Virus record (IMG/VR): IMGVR_UViG_3300036766_002289
Span: 326,040-390,039 of that record
DNA length: 64,000 nucleotides
Direction: 5' to 3' (one strand)
Shown: piece by piece, positions 38,266 through 46,332 of the stretch
How the letters are laid out: each line of letters starts with the position of its first letter
Numbering within the stretch: position 1 is the first letter of the stretch
The notes under the pieces: model-generated
The model's input: the letters and a program-made list of their open reading frames with translations, nothing else
What the model was told of the DNA's origin: nothing
Database searches by the model: none
Translations under genes and position numbers: made by a program

Positions 38266-38432
38266 GTGGAATTAAATTTCAAAAAATGGCTGGAATCTAT
38301 ATTTGGCCAACCAGTTGATGAGCCAGAACCTGCGTCGGAAACGCCCAGAAAACTAAATAACGGGGCGTTTCCGACGTATGATCTTACGCCGTTGCCAGGC
38401 AATAAAAAAGCTATGAAGAAGCAAAAGAAATC

Positions 38433-38436
<4 letters not shown>
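38266..38436 (+). CDS. Small 56-aa protein missing from the track
   Basis: GTG start after TAAATA. MELNFKKWLESIFGQPVDEPEPASETPRKLNNGAFPTYDLTPLPGNKKAMKKQKKS. Confidence 0.5.
38331..38378. repeat. GC-rich inverted repeat (14-bp perfect core)
   Basis: CGTCGGAAACGCCC ... GGGCGTTTCCGACG, 16-nt loop containing TAAATA. Confidence 0.85.
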
Positions 38437-38744
<308 letters not shown>

Positions 38745-38791
38745 GGTAATGCTCCTAAATCAAGCTTACTCTAGTAAAAAAATTGGAAAAT

Positions 38792-40414
38792 TTAGCAAAC
38801 TGGTTGACTTTTCGTCCTAGTATTAAACCCGAATTTAACAGTTTGTCCAGAACTAATCGAGGAAATTCCGCAACCATTTACCTTAATTGTTGCATCTGGA
38901 GTGGGGCTGGTGGTTTGACCTGTGGGACTACAAGTCGGTTTTTTGTTTTTGTTTCCACAACCGCAACCCGCATTATTTTCGGATTTCCAACATCTATTGA
39001 ATTCTGGTTGACCAGGATTTAGGCAATTATTAATAAAACAACTACAGAAATACCTTCTTGTCAAATGTCCTTGGTCAACTTCAAATGGTTTATTTATCAA
39101 ATGTCCTTGGTCATCGACTTCAATGGACGCTGATTTATCGTGCCTAATCATATCTTTTTCTTTTAGAAAATCAACACAACTATTTGCATGATCCATCAAT
39201 TCCATTTTAGAAAAACTTATTATTTCGATACATTCACCATTTGCATCAAACTCATAATAAGTATCATTGGGTGCATGGACTGTGAAATTCGACATTGTTA
39301 GAACTTCAACATTCTTATTAACTACTACGGAAACATCTGGGTGTTCAGTTATCTCATCAGTCGCGGCACACATTGCCTTGAAAGTAGTTAAATCCATACT
39401 GGTTGCTGGACGAATAGACTGACGGAGTACGCCTCTTTTGATAAATACATCATTCATTAGTTGATTATACCTAGAACTATTCATCTTATCCTGCACCAGC
39501 ATTGCTTTTGCAAAACTGTCATAAAAACGAATCGTCGCTGGAGCATTAGGAACAGCGTTGAAGGTGTAGTTCGTCATTACATCTCTTGCTTTCAAAAGTG
39601 CTGTTTTAGGGTCCGAAGTTTTTTTTTCTTCCTCGTAAATTGCCACAAGGGTATCATACCACATGCCAGAAAATACACGAGAAAAACTGTGTGGTTCAGA
39701 AGTTAACTGATTATCCTTGCCATTACGTGGCAATTTTTCTGGTTCAACATAAGTAAAACTATTATATGCGTCTCTCAAAGCAGCAGCGGAATTGCCATTA
39801 GAACCGCCCGTAAGATTATAAATAGCTCGACCTATTTCCTCTCCAAGTCTAGACATAACACAACTTTGTGATAAATTACCACCTGTCTCTTTTAAAATAT
39901 AGTCAACGGCTAAGTCGTTTTGAAGTAGGTTTAAAATCGCATGAGCGTCGGCAAAACCTTCGTGAAATCCCCAGATTTCAAAAGATTGAACATTGAACAA
40001 ATCAGGACGGATAGCATCCAATAAAGCATGGCCAGTTTCATGTAAAACTATATCACTGGAATTCGATGCATAAACCATCTGACGTAAAACAGGGTCCATC
40101 CCAAAAAAGAACCTTAAAGCAACTCTATCATAGTAAGCGTTGAATTGCTTACCTGCTCTAGGTATAACATACAAAGTGCTGGTAGATGACCATTTACTTA
40201 CAGGATTTTTTAAAAATTTGGTCATCAAATTAATGGCTTGAATTACGTTATAGTAGCACTGTGCTGCCTGGTGTTCAGGAGTGTACATAGTGGTAGTGGC
40301 CCCTATATACCCTTCAACTCTAAAGTCAAATATATTAGGCTTTACTGGTAAATCTACAGGGATTATTAGATCAGGTGTAGTCGGATCATTTATAACGTAC
40401 TGAATATCTGCCAT
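38792..40414 (-). CDS. Zinc metallopeptidase (M4/M36-like) with Cys-rich C-tail
   Basis: NAYY, HETGH (40028-40042), downstream EGFAD, EPHSFSRVFSG. Start MADIQ. Confidence 0.85.
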   Translation of the reverse strand: MADIQYVINDPTTPDLIIPVDLPVKPNIFDFRVEGYIGATTTMYTPEHQAAQCYYNVIQAINLMTKFLKNPVSKWSSTSTLYVIPRAGKQFNAYYDRVALRFFFGMDPVLRQMVYASNSSDIVLHETGHALLDAIRPDLFNVQSFEIWGFHEGFADAHAILNLLQNDLAVDYILKETGGNLSQSCVMSRLGEEIGRAIYNLTGGSNGNSAAALRDAYNSFTYVEPEKLPRNGKDNQLTSEPHSFSRVFSGMWYDTLVAIYEEEKKTSDPKTALLKARDVMTNYTFNAVPNAPATIRFYDSFAKAMLVQDKMNSSRYNQLMNDVFIKRGVLRQSIRPATSMDLTTFKAMCAATDEITEHPDVSVVVNKNVEVLTMSNFTVHAPNDTYYEFDANGECIEIISFSKMELMDHANSCVDFLKEKDMIRHDKSASIEVDDQGHLINKPFEVDQGHLTRRYFCSCFINNCLNPGQPEFNRCWKSENNAGCGCGNKNKKPTCSPTGQTTSPTPDATIKVNGCGISSISSGQTVKFGFNTRTKSQPVC

Positions 40415-40422
40415 AATGAAGA

Positions 40423-40428
40423 TATATA
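40423..40428. promoter_or_regulatory. Palindromic TATATA between divergent genes
   Basis: 8 nt to ATG 40414 (-), 11 nt to ATG 40440 (+). Confidence 0.5.
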
Positions 40429-40439
40429 GTATTATTACC

Positions 40440-41021
40440 ATGCATGACAAAGAAAATATAATCAGGACCGATAGATTAATCGAAGCTACTCGTAAAAATC
40501 TTACTGGTCTAGAAGGTAAAATTGGTCAAATATTAAAATACATGGGTGAATCAGTTATCACTCAGGCTAGTGATTTTTACGAATCTTCAGATGCTGTTGG
40601 AACCCATATTTATGACCAACCTGAGAATGAAGATGATTTGCCAACCCAAGATATGGATACCTTGTCTAGGGAACTTGGTAGAATTTTATCTACTTTGCAA
40701 TGGGGTATAAATATGGAATTAAGCTATTTGAAAGAATGCCAGATACCAATTAAACGCAGTGAATTATACACTCAATGGGTAGAAGCTGAAAAAGTCCTAA
40801 CTGTTACATATAAAGGGTATGTAGTTTATAGAGAGATAGAAGGGGAATTAGAGAGTTATTTGCCAGACCCAGAATGGGAATCAGCAATTGATAGGATTTA
40901 TGAATCCTGCAAAAAAATTAAGAAAGACTCTAAACCAGAAAGAGATGCGGAAAAAACTGAGCGGACCCAACAAGAAAGATTAGGTTTTATAGCTAAATTG
41001 AGGGAAAAATGGGGGATTTAG
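40440..41021 (+). CDS. Hypothetical protein
   Basis: Clean ORF, likely start MHDK. Confidence 0.65.
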   Translation: MHDKENIIRTDRLIEATRKNLTGLEGKIGQILKYMGESVITQASDFYESSDAVGTHIYDQPENEDDLPTQDMDTLSRELGRILSTLQWGINMELSYLKECQIPIKRSELYTQWVEAEKVLTVTYKGYVVYREIEGELESYLPDPEWESAIDRIYESCKKIKKDSKPERDAEKTERTQQERLGFIAKLREKWGI

Positions 41022-41074
41022 AAGATCATAAGATTACACTGGACTTAGTATTAGATATTAAAGATGAAAAATAT

Positions 41075-41115
41075 ACCACCAAGCTGGTAATTTTAAATAC
41101 CTTTAGCTTGGTGGT
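41075..41115 (-). terminator. Hairpin between convergent genes, probable terminator
   Basis: ACCACCAAGCT/AGCTTGGTGGT plus GGTA/TACC, followed by ATATTTTT on the minus strand. Confidence 0.6.
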
Positions 41116-41153
41116 CGTGGCTGTAATCAATATTTTGACGTTATGGATTCTTT

Positions 41154-41471
41154 TTAAGGGCCAGTAAACAAGTAGTCATAAAGTCTACTTCTCTTAAGAG
41201 TAGACACCTTTGGTCCCTTACTAATAATCAAGTAATCCTTTTTCATAGAAGTTCTTAATTGCTCACATCGAGCGATCTTCCTACGTAAATAAGACTTAAT
41301 CGGAGCCGCATTAGGTGCCCTAATAACCTTACCTACACGGACTTCGTATCCAATAATATAAGTATCATTAGATTCTGTAATCAACACTGTTCTTTGCACT
41401 GGATGGCTATGTCCACCTTTATAATAGAATTTAGCTACAGGATAAGTATTTACTAGTTTGTAATTTTTCAT
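41154..41471 (-). CDS. WYL-like small domain protein (putative)
   Basis: KFYY...RTV...YIIGYE...G...IKSY...KI. Confidence 0.4.
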   Translation of the reverse strand: MKNYKLVNTYPVAKFYYKGGHSHPVQRTVLITESNDTYIIGYEVRVGKVIRAPNAAPIKSYLRRKIARCEQLRTSMKKDYLIISKGPKVSTLKRSRLYDYLFTGP

Positions 41472-41997
41472 TTTTCGTTCCTTTCAGGTCTGTGTAAATG
41501 TCGGAGGCATATCTAATATCTGCCAACATCTTACTTGAAAATCTACAATCTGACAAGTCCACTTCGTAAAGTAAATGATCTTTGATGAAACTAGGTACGA
41601 ATTCGGGCCGTAACATCCCTTCTTCCATTTCAAACTCAGCTAAGCAAAAATAATTTTCTCGATTATGATCTTTGAAAAAATCAATTTCCCAAAGATTTTC
41701 TTTATCATAAACGTAATATCTGACTTTTTCAAGTTTATTCATACAACGTGTCCACAGGTCATTAAAATCACGTTCGTCCATAGGATTTTCTATTTCTACG
41801 CAGCGACCCGCTACTGTTGATTTTAAAGTTAGAAAAAAACTAGTTTTCTTGTTTTCTACTTTCCTACATCTTAATGACATGCCTTTGGTCGTGAATAAGT
41901 AACCCTGGTATATCTTGGCTTTATGATTGGCGAGCTTTTTGAATTTTTCCTCAGTTCCCAAAGTTAACACATACTTTTTTTCATTTTCAGTTGGAAT
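41431..41997 (-). CDS. CYTH (triphosphate tunnel metalloenzyme) protein
   Basis: QGYL, LRCR, FFLTLK, KVRY, WEIDFF, LAEFE. ExExK motif (ENEKKY) only appears if the start is extended to ATT 41997. Confidence 0.85.
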   Translation of the reverse strand: MPTENEKKYVLTLGTEEKFKKLANHKAKIYQGYLFTTKGMSLRCRKVENKKTSFFLTLKSTVAGRCVEIENPMDERDFNDLWTRCMNKLEKVRYYVYDKENLWEIDFFKDHNRENYFCLAEFEMEEGMLRPEFVPSFIKDHLLYEVDLSDCRFSSKMLADIRYASDIYTDLKGTKNEKLQTSKYLSCS

Positions 41998-42199
41998 AAT
42001 ACACCTCCTTAAATCTCTCTATCCTCCATACCCTGTACATTTTCTCTTCTACCTAAACAGATTCGTGGCGAACAAATCCAAAAACATTTCTTTCAAGATG
42101 GTCTTGGGCTTCAATTCTCCATTGAAACATTTATTAACGACATTGTAACACATTTTAAGTAGTTGCATATATATTTTAATTAGAAAGGAAACAAAAATT

Positions 42200-44044
42200 A
42201 TGGCAAGAAAAAATGATGAAGAATCTGTTTGGCAAGGTAAGTACAAGGATTTAAAGGCATATTACAAAGCATCCTACAACGAAGAATACTACTATTTGAC
42301 GCAATATGAGTATGAAATTGATCCAGATGAAACTATGGATGAAATTAATTCTTATGATGAGAACCGTCAACGCTTGGAATATGCGAAGTGTGCTTTAGAC
42401 TTTTTCTATTTCGCGCACAAATACATCAAGATTCTTCATCCTAAAAGGGGTTTAGTTCCTTTTATATGCTACAAATATCAACATAAAGTGATTGGGGATT
42501 ATGAAAAATACCGTTTCACGATGCTTTCTAAATTCCGACAGGCTGGTTTAACAACCTTGACCGAATTATGGGGCATGTGGCGATGTATGTTTAAACTAGA
42601 TCAGCAAATAGTGTTAATTTCTAAAACAGATGCTGAAGCAGTTAAAGCTGGTGAAATTATTGACCGAGCGAAGGAGCATTTGCCTAAATGGATGCAACCT
42701 TCTCCATTAGGAAAATGGAACGACCATAAAAAAGAATTCCACGAAACTGGTGGCTGCGTTAGTTTTTATTCCCCTGAACGTGCCCGTGGTCTTGCTATTA
42801 CATATTTAATTGTTGATGAAGCAGCGTTTATTCCAGAAATGGATAAACATTGGAAAGCCATATACCCCACTCTTTCTGCTGGTGGTAATTGTATCATAGT
42901 CTCAACAGTGAATGGTTTAGGTAATTGGTATGAAAAAGCCTACCACCGAAGCCAAAGATCAGGAAAACCATTCCATTTAATTGATTTAGATTATGTACAA
43001 CACCCAGAATATAATGATCCTAAATGGGTTGCTGACCAAAAGTCTCAATTGGGGCAAAAAGGCTGGATGCAAGAAGTTCTAAGAAGCTTCTTAGGGTCTG
43101 GTGAGACTTATATCCCTACTGAGGTTATGTCTGAATTGGTTTTAAGTACTCGTAATAACATTCCAAAAAGGAAATTATTTAAAAATTGGGTCAATACAAA
43201 AATCGAAGAAGAGGACCAGCTTTTAGGGGCTGAAGATGAAGAAGTGGTTGATGTTAGCTGGCAAAATGAAGGCGCAATGTGGATTTGGCAGGAACGTAAA
43301 GAAGGTCATGAATATACAGTAGGTGTGGATACGGCGGAAGGTGTAGGCGAAGACGGTGATAATAGTTGTATCCAGATATTTGATAATGGTAATTTGGAGC
43401 AGGTTGCAGAGTTTTATAGTAATTCTATCCCACCCTATCAACTTGCTCAGATCGTGAACGAAATTGCCATTTATTACAATCATGCTTTGGTTGTAGTAGA
43501 GAGCAATGGTTCAGGTGGTGCGGTGATAAGTAACTTGCAACATCAACTATTTTATGATAACCTGTATTACGATGGAGCTTCAAAAAATAAAAATCCAAAG
43601 GCTGGAATTAAAGTAGGAGTGGCCAATCGTCTTACTATTTTAGAATCATTACAACAGAAATGCATTAATAGAACGATTAAATTGAATAGCATGAGACTTG
43701 TGAAAGAATTAACTACGTTGGTCCACCATCCACAAACACAGAAAATAGCGGCGGTAAAAGGCGAACATGATGATTCAATAATGGCGGCTTGTATGGCATT
43801 ATTTATACACGATACTACGACAAGAGAGATGCCAATAGGTCCATCAATCACAAACCATAAGGTCGAGCCAATGAAGGCCGTAGATTATGAAAAAATAAAG
43901 AAAGAAATCATGGAGGGGGTATCAGAAGACGACGACATACTTGAACTCAGAAGTTCTGCATTCTCTCTCGATGAAGAAAATGCTGGAGTTGCCTTCGATT
44001 TTAGGAGAAAAAATGAAACTTTAATTAAGGAATTCGGGTGGTAA
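42200..44044 (+). CDS. gp17: Terminase large subunit
   Basis: KFRQAGLTT Walker A, LIVDEAAF Walker B, VSTVNG, VGVDTAEG, HDDSIMA. Confidence 0.95.
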   Translation: MARKNDEESVWQGKYKDLKAYYKASYNEEYYYLTQYEYEIDPDETMDEINSYDENRQRLEYAKCALDFFYFAHKYIKILHPKRGLVPFICYKYQHKVIGDYEKYRFTMLSKFRQAGLTTLTELWGMWRCMFKLDQQIVLISKTDAEAVKAGEIIDRAKEHLPKWMQPSPLGKWNDHKKEFHETGGCVSFYSPERARGLAITYLIVDEAAFIPEMDKHWKAIYPTLSAGGNCIIVSTVNGLGNWYEKAYHRSQRSGKPFHLIDLDYVQHPEYNDPKWVADQKSQLGQKGWMQEVLRSFLGSGETYIPTEVMSELVLSTRNNIPKRKLFKNWVNTKIEEEDQLLGAEDEEVVDVSWQNEGAMWIWQERKEGHEYTVGVDTAEGVGEDGDNSCIQIFDNGNLEQVAEFYSNSIPPYQLAQIVNEIAIYYNHALVVVESNGSGGAVISNLQHQLFYDNLYYDGASKNKNPKAGIKVGVANRLTILESLQQKCINRTIKLNSMRLVKELTTLVHHPQTQKIAAVKGEHDDSIMAACMALFIHDTTTREMPIGPSITNHKVEPMKAVDYEKIKKEIMEGVSEDDDILELRSSAFSLDEENAGVAFDFRRKNETLIKEFGW

Positions 44045-44045
44045 A

Positions 44046-44411
44046 ATGAAAGAGAAACAAATATCAGATACTAAAGAGCTTTTAAAAAAAGCATATTCAG
44101 TACTCCCAAATGATTTTAGCCTAAGAGAAGTTAGATTGTCCATATATCAGGCTTTACAAAAAATTGAATTATTTGAAAGCAAGAGTGCTAAAAAACAAGA
44201 AGAACAAAGAAAACAACAAGAACAAGCAGAACTAAAACGTAGAACAGAAATGGGCATTGCCTTACCTTGGCAAACTCAGGATGTAAAACAGGCTATTAGT
44301 TTAATAGACAAAATGATAGAAGAGGAAAAAAGCAAAATAAATGTTTACAAACAAAAGCAGTCAGCTAGCCAGGAAGATAACGGCCAAGATACACAGACCT
44401 TTTACGGATAG
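44046..44411 (+). CDS. Hypothetical coiled-coil protein
   Basis: ORF directly after terminase. Confidence 0.6.
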   Translation: MKEKQISDTKELLKKAYSVLPNDFSLREVRLSIYQALQKIELFESKSAKKQEEQRKQQEQAELKRRTEMGIALPWQTQDVKQAISLIDKMIEEEKSKINVYKQKQSASQEDNGQDTQTFYG

Positions 44412-44931
44412 AAAAGGAGTATATGATTATTCGTCGGTGCAGGTGAATTTACCAGAAGTTATAGCGGACGAAGTTATAACTTGGGGGCGTAAAAACATAA
44501 AGGAGTCCGACCTTTTTATGCCCCCTGATGATTATTCTCACGGACGCGAAGAAGAACCCCACGTCACCGTACTCTACGGCATACATTCATTATTACCAAC
44601 TGAATCAATGAAAATTCTTGAAGGTAAGCCTTCATTCAACATAAAGCTTAAAAATGTATCAATATTTACTGAGAATACAGTATTCGACGTTATTAAAATA
44701 GATGTAGTAAGCTTTAGCTTGGCCTATATGAACAACTTGTTGAAAGCAAGCATAGATAATACTCAGTCTTTCAATAATTATCATCCACACGTCACCATAG
44801 CATACGTCAAAAAAGATAAATGCTCTAGTTTAGCTGAAAATAAAACTTTTAATGGCATTGGCTGGGAAGTAAATTCATTAGTATTTTCTTCTAAAGGTGG
44901 GACTAAATCACCAATTAGATTAAGTTGTTAG
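44341..44931 (+). CDS. 2H phosphoesterase (gp57B/Acb1 or 2',5' RNA ligase-like)
   Basis: Two HxT motifs: EPHVTVLYG and YHPHVTIAY. True start uncertain. Confidence 0.85.
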   Translation: MFTNKSSQLARKITAKIHRPFTDRKGVYDYSSVQVNLPEVIADEVITWGRKNIKESDLFMPPDDYSHGREEEPHVTVLYGIHSLLPTESMKILEGKPSFNIKLKNVSIFTENTVFDVIKIDVVSFSLAYMNNLLKASIDNTQSFNNYHPHVTIAYVKKDKCSSLAENKTFNGIGWEVNSLVFSSKGGTKSPIRLSC

Positions 44932-45478
44932 TCCTGTAAATGCACAATTCATAAGCCCGCTCAGCTTTCCTAAGTAAGTCACTAGGGAGACTGAGCATTT
45001 TTTTATTATAAGGCACTTCTTCAAACACTAAATCCTCGGATATTTCGAACTTATCTTTAAGTAATCTAGCACCTTTTTGACTTGTTAAATCCTGCCAAGT
45101 TAAAAATAAACCACCCATTTCTTTGACCATCTCGTAAATTCTTCTTAATCTGAAGATATAGTAATCTACTATGTAAGAAGCATTTTTTTCATCTACAAGA
45201 ACGCCTAAGCATCTCGGTTCTCTGACCAAGTAAATGAAATCACAAGTTTGGCGTACCTCTTTGTGACAAATTTGGTAATTATAAAAAACTTCGTTTATAT
45301 AAATGCCGACGAAGTTGTTGAATTTATGCTCAGTAGAGGTGATATCAGTGGTCTTGGTAGGATGATCGTAGATTATTCCTGTTTGTGACCACTGAATCTT
45401 TTTATTTTTATCCAACATTTGACACAAACTGGAACTGTTTGCGCCTAAGTGCGTTGCTACAATTACGACTCTTTTCAT
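44915..45478 (-). CDS. Sulfotransferase-fold protein (degenerate)
   Basis: IVATHLGANSSSLCQML..N (PSB-loop-like) and FIYLVREP (3'-PB-like). Confidence 0.5.
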   Translation of the reverse strand: MKRVVIVATHLGANSSSLCQMLDKNKKIQWSQTGIIYDHPTKTTDITSTEHKFNNFVGIYINEVFYNYQICHKEVRQTCDFIYLVREPRCLGVLVDEKNASYIVDYYIFRLRRIYEMVKEMGGLFLTWQDLTSQKGARLLKDKFEISEDLVFEEVPYNKKMLSLPSDLLRKAERAYELCIYRTNNLI

Positions 45479-46272
45479 CTATTATTCTTCCTAATATTCT
45501 CAATCTTTTCCAAAGGTCTTAAATTAGATAATGCCCAACATTCTTGAAATAGAATATCATCAAATGATTTATAAGGGAATTTTGAATGTGGGATTATATG
45601 GTCAATCTGCCAAGACTTATTCTTACTATTGTTCGCTCCACCATAGTTATCCCAATTCATCCAAGATTCCCACAGACTTTCTATATGAAATTTAAGTTCT
45701 TCCACTGTATACGGCAAATGGTCAAAAGTCTTACCACTTTTCCTACCATCCCTTTCCCGAATAGCGTCTCTGACAGAGGTGCTAACATTATGTTGTAATC
45801 GTATTACAGGATTGGACATACGAAGTTTTCTGTATTCAGGAGTGCCCCATAAACCGTGTATAAAATTACCGAATTTCTGCGCGCATCCGCATGAGTTGGT
45901 TTTGTTTTCTCTCAAACTAACCCCAGCTACAGATTTTTCATTACCACACTCGCATTTACATGTCCAATAAGGTTGCCCTGATTTAATCCAATCTAATTTA
46001 ATTACTATTAATTTACCATAGGTATTACCAGTTAAATCAATAAGTCTACTGCGCATGATTTCTTTTTGCTGACATCCACATGAAGTTGTCTGTCCTTTCT
46101 TCAAAGAACCACCTAAAATTATTTTCTCATTCCCACATTGGCATTTGCACAACCATTGATGCCCCTTAGTTTTTGCAGTTGGATATTTGGGGCTTGCATA
46201 TTCCTTGACAGTCAGTCTCCCAAACTGTTTACCTATAAGATTTTCGAATAATTTGTTATTTGGAATTTCCAT
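45475..46272 (-). CDS. Free-standing HNH homing endonuclease with two DLTG-FG-L (CxCG) modules
   Basis: LIGKQFGRL...WLCKCQCG, DLTGNTYGKL...WTCKCECG, WQIDHIIP...WALSNLRPL..EN. Confidence 0.85.
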   Translation of the reverse strand: MEIPNNKLFENLIGKQFGRLTVKEYASPKYPTAKTKGHQWLCKCQCGNEKIILGGSLKKGQTTSCGCQQKEIMRSRLIDLTGNTYGKLIVIKLDWIKSGQPYWTCKCECGNEKSVAGVSLRENKTNSCGCAQKFGNFIHGLWGTPEYRKLRMSNPVIRLQHNVSTSVRDAIRERDGRKSGKTFDHLPYTVEELKFHIESLWESWMNWDNYGGANNSKNKSWQIDHIIPHSKFPYKSFDDILFQECWALSNLRPLEKIENIRKNNR

Positions 46273-46281
46273 AATTACACC

Positions 46282-46310
46282 AGTATACACTAACTATAAT
46301 AAGTTATCAA
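46282..46310 (-). promoter_or_regulatory. Sigma70-type promoter of HNH gene
   Basis: TTGATA-17 nt-TATACT, ATG 9 nt downstream. Confidence 0.7.
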
Positions 46311-46332
46311 GATGAAGTAAAGAGGTGCAAAA

